Positions 9,103-19,573 are shown, counted from the stretch's first letter. The stretch: DNA of 64,000 nt from an uncultured Atopobium sp. (GCA_938045565.1 CALIAZ010000003.1:82805-146804), one strand, 5' to 3'. Numbers and translations: made by a program. The notes: generated from the sequence alone by a model not told the origin.

Positions 9103-9187
9103 ACGTTTCTTGTTCCCGCGCAGCAACAAGAATTTCAGATATCTGCATTTTTTAGCGAGAAAATCATCTAGTTGGCGAGAAGACCAT

Positions 9188-11638
9188 CTAGTTGCTCTTC
9201 TCGCCAGAGTCGATGCTGCTAGACACGTCAGAGTCGCCGCCACCAGACACGCCAGAGTCGATGCTGCTAGACACGTCAGAGTCGCCGCCACCAGACACGC
9301 CAGAGTCAGCGCCGCCAAGCTCGTCAAAGCGCAGGGCAACCATGGCAACGTCGTCATCAAGTCTTCGGCCAGTATAGCGGTCGAGCGTGCTCAAAAACCT
9401 GTTCAGAAGGCCGTCAAAGCCTTGAGGAACCTCATTCATAATCATGTCACGGAGTCCGGTCTCGCCAAAAAAAGCGCCTTCAGGACTGCGAGCCTCTGTG
9501 GTTCCGTCGGTGTAAAGCAGCAGAATATCGCCTTCATGCAAGCGAATTGTGCCGTTTTTGTACTCCATGTCGTGGAACGCTCCAACAACGCCCGACTGTA
9601 CGTCCAAAAGCTCGGCGTCGCCCGATTGAGCAGACACCAAAATCGCTGGTGGATGGCCGGCTGAGCAGTACATAAGCGATGAGGTTGCAAGGTCAACAAT
9701 GCCAACAAAGAGCGTTGCAAATGTCTCTACCCTTGAGAAGCCCAGCAAGAATTCGTTCAGTGTTGCCACCATGCGAGCAGGAGTTCTTCCCTCCCACGCG
9801 TAGGCAGAAAGTGCCGTTTTAACTGCGGACGAAATAGAAGCCGCCTCAATGCCCTTACCAGAAACATCACCCATAATGATGCATGCGCGACGACCAGGCA
9901 ACCTAATCATGCTGTAAAAATCGCCGCCGACAAACGCATCAGCAGTTGCGGATGAATAAATTCCCTCGGCAGAGATTCCCTCAACCTGCTGCAGCTCATT
10001 CTTCATGCCCGACTGCAGCGCCTGCGAGATATGTTTGTTTTGCTGGCTCTCTTCAGCACCAACAGCTAGCGAGTGAACCAGAAGCATTACGCGATCCAAG
10101 AAATCAAGCTCAATGTCGCTCAGAGGCTCAGCGTTTTCTTCTCGCAAGAAAAGCCAAGTATGCTGCTCACCTGCAAACTTACCCAAAAAGAGCACAGCTC
10201 CTTTGCAGGGCAAGCCTTGAGCAGCAAGCGCGCGACTCAGCGCAGAATCCAGCTCGACCTCTTTGACTGACGCCTCGCCCTCCCCTGTCTTGAGCCCCTC
10301 AACCGTCGATGGAAGCGCAATCTGCTTGCCGCCATCCAGCGCGCCGCCGGTCCCAGCTGCAGCTTGCGCTCCATCCTGCTGGTCCGCTGCGCCCTGTGCA
10401 CCGTCAACCGCCGCCACGGCTTGCTCAGCGCCAAGCGCATGGAGTGTGACGTTACCCGTTACCTCACAGCAATCTACCGAGAAAACCTGTGCATAAAGAT
10501 CGGTACCCACCGACCTCATAACCTGCTGCAAACGCTCGCCAGAGATCTTCTCGCCCTCTGCAGCGCTATGAAGCAGCCCCTGACGCACGCGAGCTAATGC
10601 CTCGCGAAGCGTATCTCTACGCTGCGTTCTCATCGCCGACAACGCGCCTACAAGCTGTACCGAAAGGTAATTTGCAATGGAGTCCAGAAGCCGTGCGTCT
10701 TCAACCAAAAGCGCGCGTTTGCGCTCCCAACCCACCTCAATTAGGGCAACAATGTGGCCGCCAAACCATACTGGCACCACAAGAAAGCTGGTAAACGGAG
10801 GCAGGTGACTTGCGTCAACGGTTATGATCTCACGTGTTTCCTCGTTGACCAGGTTGCGCTTTTTAACTCTTCCCTGCTTGAGCGTGCTTGAGTTCAAAGG
10901 CATGGTATGCAAGCAAAGCGCATGCTCAGAATAAAACGTCAAACGCTCCAGGGAGCTATTAAATGCAAAGTAGCGAGGAATTCTGTTCAATGACGCGCTC
11001 TTCAGAGACTCCGTTGCACCATGAAGGTGATACCCATCTTGCTCAGCAAGATAGATGAGTGCACCATCAGCCTCGACAGTCTCTGAGAGCTCTTCTAACA
11101 CGCGCTCGATAAGCTGACCCATATCTTCCGAGTCAAGCGTGTCCAAAACAATCTGAAGCGCTCCTGAGAGCCTCTTATTGGCTCGGCGAAGGTCCAACAC
11201 CATTCGTTCATCATCGCGCATAGGGCTAGCCAAGTCACGGAGCTTAGATGCCGTCAAAACAATGGCCTGTGTAGGTGCGCCAACATAATCTGCGCGCACG
11301 CTCAGCACCTGCGACGTGCCGTCTTGTGCAGGAGCGGCTACCATAGAAGTGGAGCCATCAATCGCAAACGGCAACGACTCTACAAAGAACGGCTTCTGCA
11401 AGTTCTCTTGGTTTGCTGGCGTAAACAAAAAGCGAACATCCAGACCAGCAATGGTGCCATCTACCTTAGAAAATAGACTCTCTGCCTCCTCATTGGCGAG
11501 AAGAACCATGCCCTCCATATTAAATACGATGACTGCATCGCTGGTCAGTCGTAGCAACTGAGACAGAGTTGCAGCAACGGTTCCGTCGACAACTCCCTCA
11601 ACACGCCTTACGCTCAGCTTGTTATCTGCCACAGTCAC
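9188..11638 (-). CDS. PAS/GAF-domain SpoIIE/RsbU-family PP2C phosphatase
   Basis: N-terminal PAS-like (DAVIVFN..G.VLLAN..AE.LF) and GAF-like regions. PP2C motifs GGDFY, GDVSGKG, SAGHPP, LYTDG and DDVA. Start is GTG at 11638 or 11632. Confidence 0.9.
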   Translation of the reverse strand: MTVADNKLSVRRVEGVVDGTVAATLSQLLRLTSDAVIVFNMEGMVLLANEEAESLFSKVDGTIAGLDVRFLFTPANQENLQKPFFVESLPFAIDGSTSMVAAPAQDGTSQVLSVRADYVGAPTQAIVLTASKLRDLASPMRDDERMVLDLRRANKRLSGALQIVLDTLDSEDMGQLIERVLEELSETVEADGALIYLAEQDGYHLHGATESLKSASLNRIPRYFAFNSSLERLTFYSEHALCLHTMPLNSSTLKQGRVKKRNLVNEETREIITVDASHLPPFTSFLVVPVWFGGHIVALIEVGWERKRALLVEDARLLDSIANYLSVQLVGALSAMRTQRRDTLREALARVRQGLLHSAAEGEKISGERLQQVMRSVGTDLYAQVFSVDCCEVTGNVTLHALGAEQAVAAVDGAQGAADQQDGAQAAAGTGGALDGGKQIALPSTVEGLKTGEGEASVKEVELDSALSRALAAQGLPCKGAVLFLGKFAGEQHTWLFLREENAEPLSDIELDFLDRVMLLVHSLAVGAEESQQNKHISQALQSGMKNELQQVEGISAEGIYSSATADAFVGGDFYSMIRLPGRRACIIMGDVSGKGIEAASISSAVKTALSAYAWEGRTPARMVATLNEFLLGFSRVETFATLFVGIVDLATSSLMYCSAGHPPAILVSAQSGDAELLDVQSGVVGAFHDMEYKNGTIRLHEGDILLLYTDGTTEARSPEGAFFGETGLRDMIMNEVPQGFDGLLNRFLSTLDRYTGRRLDDDVAMVALRFDELGGADSGVSGGGDSDVSSSIDSGVSGGGDSDVSSSIDSGEKSN
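9203..9307. repeat. Perfect 48-bp tandem duplication (24-bp sub-period) in the phosphatase C-terminal tail
   Basis: 9203-9250 equals 9251-9298, plus a 9-bp partial copy; encodes (DSGVSGGGDSDVSSSI)x2. Confidence 0.92.
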
Positions 11639-11682
11639 TCCTTACCAGCAAGGACAAAACAATCGCACTGCCTAAGTATACG

Positions 11683-11711
11683 AAAAAGGCGGACCTCCGA
11701 AGAGATCCGCC
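11683..11711 (-). terminator. Intrinsic terminator after tRNA-Leu
   Basis: GGCGGA...TCCGCC stem followed by TTTTT on the minus strand. Confidence 0.75.
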
Positions 11712-11720
11712 GAAATTTCG

Positions 11721-11810
11721 TGGTGTCGGAGGCGGGACTTGAACCCGCACAGCCGTTAGTAGGCCACTAGCACCTCAAGCTAGCGCGTCTGCCAATTCCG
11801 CCACTCCGAC
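11721..11810 (-). tRNA. tRNA-Leu(GAG)
   Basis: GTCGGAGTGGCGGAATTGGCAGACGCG-CTAGC-TT-GAG-GT-GCTAG, long variable arm, ends CTCCGACACCA. Confidence 0.96.
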
Positions 11811-11917
11811 TTGCTTTGCAGCGAGGGATATACTAACACATCTTCAAGCAACTTTACTGAGAAAATTTAAAACTTTTTCTCAAAAGAACTTTGCGAGAAG
11901 ACAAGCGTATCCCTTGC

Positions 11918-13681
11918 TTACTTCTGCCAACCAACAATGGTTGCTGGTACGCTCTGGAAGAGTGCAGGACCAAAGTTGGCAAGACCCTTCTTAACAACGT
12001 AGCAGTCTGGACCAGTGTAGACAGGAAGGTAAGAATAAGTCTCCATCATCTTCTTCTCTGCCTGGTTCATGAGCTTCATACGCTCATCAAAGTCCTTGGT
12101 AGAGACAACCTTTGCAAACATCTCATCGGTCTCTGCAGAGCCCTGCTTACCAAAGTTGGATCCAGACTCAGAGCCGTAGAGCTGACCGCCATTATTGTAA
12201 GAAGTTGAGGAACCAACCCAACCAAAGAGGCAGACATCCCAAGCACCAGAGGTAAGAACCTTAGAGAACTCAGAAGATGGGTGAGAGTCAAGGGTAAGGT
12301 TGATGCCAGCATCCTTGCACATCTTCTGGATTGCAGCAGCACGGTTCTTAACAGTTGTGCCGTCACCAAACAGGGTGTAGCTGAAGGTTACCTGCTGGCC
12401 GTCCTTCTCATAGTAATCGCCGTTAAGCTTGTAGCCTGCATCCTCAAGGGTCTTCTTAGCAGCATTCTTGCGCTCGTCAGTAGACTTGAGATTCTTGATA
12501 TCGTCTGGGAGGTTATTGTCATAACCAGCTGCCCAGTAAGGCCAAAGCATGGAGCCTGGTGCATCCTCTTTCCAGTTGACACCCTGGAAGACGATGGAAA
12601 CGATAGTTGCAGGATCAACAACCTGGCAGAATGCCTTACGAACTGCAGCATCCTGAAGAACGCCACGAGTGGAGTTAATCTCGATAACAGCAATAGACAT
12701 ACCAAGACCACGACGAATCTGTGCTTTATCACCAAGACCGGTGAAGTTAGAGAGAAGCTCAGCAGAACCAGAGTTGGAAGAACCGGTAGTGTCAGTCTCT
12801 TCGTTCTTGAATGCGTTAATGGAAGCCTGAGTATCCATCTGCTTGTAGACAAGGGTATCAAGCTTAGGAGCGTCACCCCACCACTTTGGATTTGGCTTGA
12901 AGGTTACAGCAGAATCATCGAAAGAATCAACGATGTAAGGGCCAGAACCAAGCTCGTTGTTTGGCTCATTGTTGTAGCCATTGTTGAAGAAGTCTGGATC
13001 CTGAAGCTTTGGGTGCAGAGCATAGCTCAAGATGCTCTCGATTGGATAGACTGCTTCCTTCATGGTAATAACAGCAGTCTTAGCAGTATCACCCTGCTCA
13101 ACAGACTCATACTTGTCATAACCATCAGTTGAAGAAACCTCAAACTTATCATTCTGACCACTCATAGTGATGAATGCAGTCTGAATTGCGGTCCAGTCAA
13201 TAGCGGTGCCATCGTTGAAGGTAGCCTGATCAGTGAAGGTAAGGGTAGCAACCTGCTTACCGTCCTTCTCCTCTACCTTGAAGTCCTTGATGTAATCCTT
13301 GTTTGGCTCAAACTTATCGCCAGCAGCATTAGTAAGGAACAGGTCACGAGGGTTGATAAGACCGTGAAGGATGTTCATGTAAGAGGTATTACCAGCAAGG
13401 TTGTAGTAATTCCACTGTGGACCAATCTCGTTGATTGGCTGGGTCAGAGTACCGCCATCCTTAACCTCATCGCGGGTCTTAGGGTTGTTGTACGTCTTGC
13501 CCTTCTCTGGGATTGGAAGCTGATCCAGAGGAGTGTTTGCAGGAGAGCCGTCCTGTGGCTCAGTTCCAATGCTGGAAGAGCCGCCCTGATTATTTGATGG
13601 AGCACAACCAGCAAGGCCAAGGCCTGCGGCGGTGATACCAGTCAGAGCAAAGAACGAACGACGGGAAAAACTGTCAGCCAT
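11918..13681 (-). CDS. oppA: Family-5 (oligopeptide-type) ABC substrate-binding lipoprotein
   Basis: SRRSFF twin-Arg-like signal and LAGC lipobox; TFNDG, GSGPY, NPKWWG and VRKAF SBP_bac_5 features; alternative ATG at 13693. Confidence 0.88.
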   Translation of the reverse strand: MADSFSRRSFFALTGITAAGLGLAGCAPSNNQGGSSSIGTEPQDGSPANTPLDQLPIPEKGKTYNNPKTRDEVKDGGTLTQPINEIGPQWNYYNLAGNTSYMNILHGLINPRDLFLTNAAGDKFEPNKDYIKDFKVEEKDGKQVATLTFTDQATFNDGTAIDWTAIQTAFITMSGQNDKFEVSSTDGYDKYESVEQGDTAKTAVITMKEAVYPIESILSYALHPKLQDPDFFNNGYNNEPNNELGSGPYIVDSFDDSAVTFKPNPKWWGDAPKLDTLVYKQMDTQASINAFKNEETDTTGSSNSGSAELLSNFTGLGDKAQIRRGLGMSIAVIEINSTRGVLQDAAVRKAFCQVVDPATIVSIVFQGVNWKEDAPGSMLWPYWAAGYDNNLPDDIKNLKSTDERKNAAKKTLEDAGYKLNGDYYEKDGQQVTFSYTLFGDGTTVKNRAAAIQKMCKDAGINLTLDSHPSSEFSKVLTSGAWDVCLFGWVGSSTSYNNGGQLYGSESGSNFGKQGSAETDEMFAKVVSTKDFDERMKLMNQAEKKMMETYSYLPVYTGPDCYVVKKGLANFGPALFQSVPATIVGWQK

Positions 13682-13798
13682 ATGATCACCCATTTCGTTA
13701 AAGGCCTACAGATATTCACTTAACTATACGAAATTGCCTGAAAATACTCCATAGCAGAAACATTCCCGTAACAACCTAGTTCACTATTTGTAACAAAG

Positions 13799-13830
13799 AA
13801 AACCCGCACCTAGTTTTAAATGCGGGTTTT
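13799..13830. terminator. Hairpin between the fused ATPase gene and oppA
   Basis: AAAACCCGCA...TGCGGGTTTT. Confidence 0.7.
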
Positions 13831-13852
13831 CAAAAAATTTATTGAATCTTTG

Positions 13853-15886
13853 TTACTCGTTAGAGATGTGAGTAGCAGGAACCAGCTTACCATCCTGATA
13901 AATCATGCGCTCGCGAGTACGCTCAATCTTTGGATCAGGAATTGGAATAGCCGAGAGAAGCGCCTTGGTGTAAGGGTCTTGTGGATTAGTGAAGACGTCT
14001 TCAGTCTCACCGTACTCAACAATCTTGCCCAGGTGCATAACAGCGACCGTGTCAGAAATATGACGAATAACAGCAAGATCGTGAGCAACAAAGAGATAAG
14101 AAATCTTCAACTGAACCTGAAGGTCCTCAAGAAGATTAATAATACCTGCCTGAATGGAAACATCCAGAGATGCAATTGGCTCGTCCAAAAGAAGAATCTT
14201 TGGGCTTGTTGCAAGAGCACGAGCAATAGCAATACGCTGACGCTGACCACCAGAGAACTGAGATGGGAAGCGGTCAACATAGTCTGGGTTAATACCAACC
14301 AGACGCATAAGCTCACCAATACGAGCATTAATATCCTCTTTGTTCCAGCCCTGTGCCTGGAGTGGCTCTGCCAAAACGTCATAGACAGGCATACGGGGAT
14401 CCAGAGAACTCATTGGATCCTGGAAGATTACCTGAAGATCTTTGCGAAGCTCTCTACGCTGTGCTGCGTTCTTAAGCTCAGCAACGTCTTTACCAAGGAC
14501 CGTAATACGGCCATCCTCAGGCTTCAGCAGATCCATAATCTGCATCAGAGTTGTTGACTTACCAGAGCCAGACTCACCAACCAGCGCAAGGGTTTCTCCC
14601 TCATGGATCTCAAAGCTTGCACGGTCAACTGCAGTCATAGTGCCCTTGCTGCGCCTAATAAAGCCCTTACCCTGAACAGGGAATGTCTTGGTAAGATTCT
14701 CAACCTTAAGTACAACAGGACGCTCGTTACGAGGAACGTCAACCCACTTTGGAAGGATTGGCTCAAAGTCTGGATATACCTCAGCATAGGTGAGGTTCTT
14801 CTCGCAAATCTCCTGAAGGTGGTGACAAGATGCCAAGTGGCCCTCAGCAGCATTTGCAGGAAGCAGCACTGGCTCTTTCTTGGAGCACTCCTCGGTAGCC
14901 ATAGGACAACGTGGATTAAAAGGACAACCTGTTGGAATAGCAGCAAGTGATGGTGGATTGCCCTTAATAGGAACAAGCCTATGCTCTGCCTGAAGGTGTG
15001 GTTTTGGAACAGCACCCAAAAGACCCATGGTATAAGGATGACGAGGCTCAGCAAAAAGTGTATCAACGCTTGCGCGCTCTACGCCGCGGCCTGCATACAT
15101 AACCATAATGTCATCAGCGGTACCTGCAACAACACCAAGGTCGTGAGTAATCAGAACAACTGCTGCGCCGGTCTCTTTCTGCGCAACCTTCAAGACGTCA
15201 AGAATCTGAGCCTGAATGGTTACGTCAAGAGCAGTGGTTGGCTCGTCTGCGATGATGATGTCAGGATTGTTTGCAATAGCAATTGCAATAACAACACGCT
15301 GACGCATACCACCAGAGAACTCATGTGGGAAAGAATCCAGACGGTTCTCTGGATCAGTAATACCAACAATGGAGAGAAGCTCAATACAACGCTTACGAAC
15401 GTCTGCCTTGCTCATGTGAGGATTATGGGTAAGCAGAGCCTCTGCAAGCTGATCTCCAATAGAGAACATTGGAGTCAAAGCAGACAGTGGATCCTGGAAG
15501 ATCATAGAAATCTTAGTGCCACGGAGCTGTGACATCTCTTCGTCGGTCTTACCAATGAGCTCCTCATTACCAAGCTTAATAGAGCCGGTAACGTGAGCAT
15601 TGTCATCAAGAAGACCAATAAGAGACAGAGCAGTTACTGACTTACCAGAACCAGACTCACCTACGATACCAAGAGTACGGCCGCCCCAAAGGTCAAAGTT
15701 AACACCGCGAACTGCGTCTACACGACCAGCCTCAGTATTAAAAGAAACCTTAAGGTTACGAACAGAAAGAACTGGATCTCCTGTTGGAGCACCCTTTGGA
15801 CCGTTTGATTCAAGCAGCTCGTAGCGAAGAACATCGTCCATCTCTACACTTCCCTGCTTTGTTGAAGTATTAGTAGTGTCAGACAT
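13853..15886 (-). CDS. Peptide ABC transporter ATP-binding protein with fused OppD-OppF domains
   Basis: Two GESGSGKS Walker A motifs, FSGGMRQR and FSGGQRQR signatures, DEP Walker B, GCPFNPRCP. Confidence 0.95.
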   Translation of the reverse strand: MSDTTNTSTKQGSVEMDDVLRYELLESNGPKGAPTGDPVLSVRNLKVSFNTEAGRVDAVRGVNFDLWGGRTLGIVGESGSGKSVTALSLIGLLDDNAHVTGSIKLGNEELIGKTDEEMSQLRGTKISMIFQDPLSALTPMFSIGDQLAEALLTHNPHMSKADVRKRCIELLSIVGITDPENRLDSFPHEFSGGMRQRVVIAIAIANNPDIIIADEPTTALDVTIQAQILDVLKVAQKETGAAVVLITHDLGVVAGTADDIMVMYAGRGVERASVDTLFAEPRHPYTMGLLGAVPKPHLQAEHRLVPIKGNPPSLAAIPTGCPFNPRCPMATEECSKKEPVLLPANAAEGHLASCHHLQEICEKNLTYAEVYPDFEPILPKWVDVPRNERPVVLKVENLTKTFPVQGKGFIRRSKGTMTAVDRASFEIHEGETLALVGESGSGKSTTLMQIMDLLKPEDGRITVLGKDVAELKNAAQRRELRKDLQVIFQDPMSSLDPRMPVYDVLAEPLQAQGWNKEDINARIGELMRLVGINPDYVDRFPSQFSGGQRQRIAIARALATSPKILLLDEPIASLDVSIQAGIINLLEDLQVQLKISYLFVAHDLAVIRHISDTVAVMHLGKIVEYGETEDVFTNPQDPYTKALLSAIPIPDPKIERTRERMIYQDGKLVPATHISNE

Positions 15887-16953
15887 TATGCACGCTCCGT
15901 AGTTTCTTCAGAAACGATGCTTCCCTCAAGATCACCAAGCTGAGCGTCATCCTTGGAAGAATCCTCTTCCTGATCTTTGACGCTACCAGCAGCGCGTGAA
16001 TAAGGGTCAAAGGCATCACGAAGGCCATCGCCGATGAGCTGCAGGCCAACACAAACAACAATCAGAAATGCCGATGGAATCAGAATCATCCATGGAGTAG
16101 TAAGCATTGCAGAAGAGCCGGCACTCAGAAGGTAACCAAGAGAAGTATCTGGCGCCTTAATACCAAGGCCCAAGAAGCTGAATGCTGTCTCAGAGTTAAT
16201 GCCACCAATAACGGCCAAGACCAAGTCAATAATAAGAATTGAACCAAGGTTTGGAATAAGGTGACGAACAATAATGGTGAATGGTGGAACACCCATGTAC
16301 TTAGCAGCCTTGACGTAATCTCTCTCACGCAAAGACAGAGCCATGGTACGGATAGTACGTGCACGACCAATCCAACCAAAAGCGGTCAAACCAAAGATAA
16401 GCATGAGCCAACCAGACTCACCGCCTGCTGCACGAACAATCATAGCAACCAGCAAGAAGCTAGGAATGACCATGAGCATATCAAGAAGCCACATACCAAT
16501 CTTCTCTGGAATGCCACGGACATAAGCAATGGCGGTACCGATAATTGCAGAGATGATAGTAGTCAAGATTGCATAGCTGATACCAATAGTCAAAGAACGG
16601 CCAAGGCCGTGGACAACACAAGCATACAAATCGATACCGGCGCCATCAGTACCAAACCAATGCTTTGCATTAGGGGCCATGTTAATTGCAGTAAAGTCAG
16701 CATCTGTGTAATTAAATGGGGTGGCATATGGTCCAAAAACTGCAATAAGAACCATAATTCCAAGAATAATCAAACCAATTACTGCAGAACGCTGGCGGAA
16801 GAAACGCCTTGCAATTAGGCCAGCATAGCTAATTCTTTTAACCTCTTTGTTGTCAGACTTAGCATCTGCCTGAAGCTCACGCTCAGCGTTAGTAAGACCT
16901 GCATCAATGGAGACGTTTTTCTCGTCATTATTCTGAAGCTCTTCTTTAGACAT
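15886..16953 (-). CDS. oppC: Peptide ABC permease (OppC-like)
   Basis: HWFGTD, RDYVKAAKYMG EAA loop, RHLIPN, FLGLG, GDGLRDAFDP. Confidence 0.93.
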   Translation of the reverse strand: MSKEELQNNDEKNVSIDAGLTNAERELQADAKSDNKEVKRISYAGLIARRFFRQRSAVIGLIILGIMVLIAVFGPYATPFNYTDADFTAINMAPNAKHWFGTDGAGIDLYACVVHGLGRSLTIGISYAILTTIISAIIGTAIAYVRGIPEKIGMWLLDMLMVIPSFLLVAMIVRAAGGESGWLMLIFGLTAFGWIGRARTIRTMALSLRERDYVKAAKYMGVPPFTIIVRHLIPNLGSILIIDLVLAVIGGINSETAFSFLGLGIKAPDTSLGYLLSAGSSAMLTTPWMILIPSAFLIVVCVGLQLIGDGLRDAFDPYSRAAGSVKDQEEDSSKDDAQLGDLEGSIVSEETTERA

Positions 16954-16963
16954 GTCCGCCTCC

Positions 16964-17956
16964 TTAGCTCATCTTAATTCGTGGATCAAGAGCAGCAGCA
17001 AAGAGGTCAGCCAGAAGGGCGCCGACAAGAGTCATTGCACCAGAGAAAGCTGCAACTGCAACTGCACCGTGAATATTGTTGTTGTTAATACAGTTAATGA
17101 AGTACTCACCAAGACCGTGAATTGCAAAGACCTTCTCAGTCATAACAGCACCGGTGAAGATACCTGCAAGAGAGAAAGCAACTGAAACAGCAGTTGGAAT
17201 CAAAGAAACGCGAAGGGCATGCTTACGAATTGCCTTCTTACGAGTAAGTCCCTTTGCGCGAGCAGTGCGGACATAGTCTGCGTGCATCTCGTCAAGCAGG
17301 TAGGTACGCTGAGATAGGTGGTAACCAACAGAACTTACGATAGTAAGAACAATGGTTGGAAGAATAATGTGCTGCAGGAAGTCAATGAGCCAAGTGAAGA
17401 AGTTTCCGGTATCTCCACTGGAAAGATCGGTTACGTAGAAAATACGAGAACCGGCTCGTGCGTTAATCTCGATTGCTGCAAAAACAATCAAGATTGCCAT
17501 AACAACAGTTGGAATAACCAGCAGAACCGAAGCAACGCCGCTGAAGAAGCGGTCCTGCCACTGATACTGACGTTGAGCGGTATAGACACCCAAGCTAACG
17601 CCAATAACAATAGACAAAATAGTTGCTGGAGTCATGAGCTCAATAGAAGCCATAAACTTTGAACTCATCTCACGGTTAACGTTATCACCTGTTGGGGTCA
17701 TACCAAGATCAAACTTAGTAAGCAGATTGGTAATCCAAACTTGATAACGCTCAATAACTGGGGTCTTATCATTCAGATTAGTCCTGTCCAGACTTGCCTC
17801 AATAGACTCCTGTGGAGGACGTGGAGTACGCTGCTCAAAGTTGGAGCGTGGATTCATAAACGCTGATGCGAGGAAGAATGTGAGCGAAGTTGCAACAAAA
17901 ATCATCACAATGTAGCTCAAAACCCTCTTTGTAACGTACCAAACAAACCGTGCCAT
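16964..17956 (-). CDS. oppB: Peptide ABC permease (OppB-like)
   Basis: DYVRTARAKGL, KHALR, DPRI. Confidence 0.93.
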   Translation of the reverse strand: MARFVWYVTKRVLSYIVMIFVATSLTFFLASAFMNPRSNFEQRTPRPPQESIEASLDRTNLNDKTPVIERYQVWITNLLTKFDLGMTPTGDNVNREMSSKFMASIELMTPATILSIVIGVSLGVYTAQRQYQWQDRFFSGVASVLLVIPTVVMAILIVFAAIEINARAGSRIFYVTDLSSGDTGNFFTWLIDFLQHIILPTIVLTIVSSVGYHLSQRTYLLDEMHADYVRTARAKGLTRKKAIRKHALRVSLIPTAVSVAFSLAGIFTGAVMTEKVFAIHGLGEYFINCINNNNIHGAVAVAAFSGAMTLVGALLADLFAAALDPRIKMS

Positions 17957-18320
17957 TGACTCTCCTCACCGCCTTGCGCTTATCCACCTGATAAGCGAGG
18001 TTTTCTCGGTATGGCAACCTAGCATTCCTACAACAAACATACTGTGAATACACAGCAAAAAATAATTTTACCATGGATAAGCTACTCAACCCAAAAATAT
18101 CTCTTAGATAAGCAAGATTATGCATACCAATCCCAGTAAAACGTATGCACATATAATGACTGTTTAACTCCAGCGTGCAGGTCACAATCAAATTTGTTTA
18201 CATATGAGAAACGTTATTGAAAATTCTGTTAAGAAGTAAAAGTTAACTGCTATCTGTTACGTCTGGCCTTTTTGCCGACATTTCCATCAGCCAATTCTCC
18301 CGGACTCCATAGGCTTCAAA

Positions 18321-18353
18321 TAAAAAATGCCGAGAAACTCGGGTTTCTCGGCA
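18321..18353 (-). terminator. secG terminator whose stem is a pair of CCGAGAAA motif variants
   Basis: TGCCGAGAAAC-tcgg-GTTTCTCGGCA with a T-run on the minus strand. Confidence 0.8.
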
Positions 18354-18379
18354 GATAATTTAAAGGTAAAAATAGCTGC

Positions 18380-18631
18380 TTAGCCAATAGCTCCAACAGG
18401 GAATGTTAGAGCCATCACAATAGCGCAAACCAGGAAGATAGTTGTAGTGATGATGGTAAGGCGATCAAGGTTCTTCTCCATAATGCCTGAACCAGCGCTT
18501 GCGTTATACATAGAAGAAGCAATCATGTCAGAAACGCCAGTGCCCTTTCCGGAGTGTGCCAGAACAAGCAGCACCGTCAAAATGCCAGAAAGTACAAACA
18601 GCACCAAAAGAATTGTATTCAGAACGCCCAC
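18380..18631 (-). CDS. secG: Preprotein translocase subunit SecG
   Basis: Two TMs, HSGKGTG, EKNLDRLT; follows tpiA. Confidence 0.93.
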   Translation of the reverse strand: MGVLNTILLVLFVLSGILTVLLVLAHSGKGTGVSDMIASSMYNASAGSGIMEKNLDRLTIITTTIFLVCAIVMALTFPVGAIG

Positions 18632-18805
18632 GAGGTTCCCCCTCTTGCTGGCGAGAAGATCCAGCCCTAGTTATTTTTACGTACAAGAGAAAAGAATAGC
18701 ACACGCCACTCCCCTTTGGGAATGACGTGTGCCAAGTTGCAAAACAAACAAGAACTTAACAAATGAGCCAAGCACCTAACCGATGGTAAGGAGCTTTACC
18801 ACAAT

Positions 18806-19573
18806 TTAGTTCATTGCGCTCTTTACCATTGCAACGAAAGAGTCAGCCTTAAGAGATGCGCCGCCAACAAGTGCGCCGTCAACGTCCTCTTTCTCGAGGA
18901 AGCCTCCAACGTTCTCTGGCTTAGCAGAACCACCGTAGAGAATACGAATACCATCTGCAATTTCTGCACCAAAAATCTCTACCAGGGTCTTACGGATTGC
19001 GCCGCAGACTTCCTGTGCGTCATCAGCAGTTGCGGTCATACCAGTACCAATTGCCCAGATTGGCTCATAAGCAATAACGTACTTGGAAGGATTGGTAATC
19101 TTTAGACCCTTGGTATCTGCCTTAATCTGGTCAACAACAAACTGAACGTGAGTACCAGCGTTACGAACCTCAAGAGACTCACCGCAGCAAGAAATAGGAA
19201 CGATGTTATGAGCCATCAGTGCCTTTGCCTTACGGTTAATGTCCTCGTCGGTCTCGCCAAAATAGCCACGGCGCTCAGAGTGACCAATGATGCAGTAAGT
19301 TGCACCAACAGAAGTCAGCATCGCTGGAGAGGTCTCACCAGTAAATGCACCGGACTCCTCCCAGTACACATTCTGTGCAGAGAGAGCAACAGAAGAGTTG
19401 GCCTGGGAAAGAACCTCAGAGACACCCTTAAGATCTACAAGAGGTGGAGCAACAACAACGTCAACGTTTCCGGTACCGGAAGCAAGCTGATCAACAATTC
19501 CCTGAGCAAGCTCAACACCCTCAGCGAAAGTCTCATTCATCTTCCAGTTACCTGCGATCATACGATTACGCAT
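18806..19573 (-). CDS. tpiA: Triosephosphate isomerase
   Basis: IAGNWKMN, IGHSERR, AYEPIWAIGTG, LYGGS; ATG 19573 overlaps the end of pgk. Confidence 0.98.
   Translation of the reverse strand: MRNRMIAGNWKMNETFAEGVELAQGIVDQLASGTGNVDVVVAPPLVDLKGVSEVLSQANSSVALSAQNVYWEESGAFTGETSPAMLTSVGATYCIIGHSERRGYFGETDEDINRKAKALMAHNIVPISCCGESLEVRNAGTHVQFVVDQIKADTKGLKITNPSKYVIAYEPIWAIGTGMTATADDAQEVCGAIRKTLVEIFGAEIADGIRILYGGSAKPENVGGFLEKEDVDGALVGGASLKADSFVAMVKSAMN

Noticed and set aside
9103..9360. N-terminal extension of the STAS-kinase ORF with LAASTLACLVAATLTC repeats
   Set aside because: It is an alternative-frame reading of the 48-bp repeat in the overlapping phosphatase gene
7891..11720. tRNA-flanked segment as an integrated mobile element
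   Set aside because: No integrase and no duplicated tRNA 3' end were seen, and the segment carries the host iterated motif
17835..18191. 118-aa ORF upstream of oppB, and a possible riboswitch in the secG-oppB spacer
   Set aside because: The ORF has no RBS or recognisable domain and overlaps oppB out of frame. I did not recognise a T-box or riboswitch consensus; an Rfam search would be needed.
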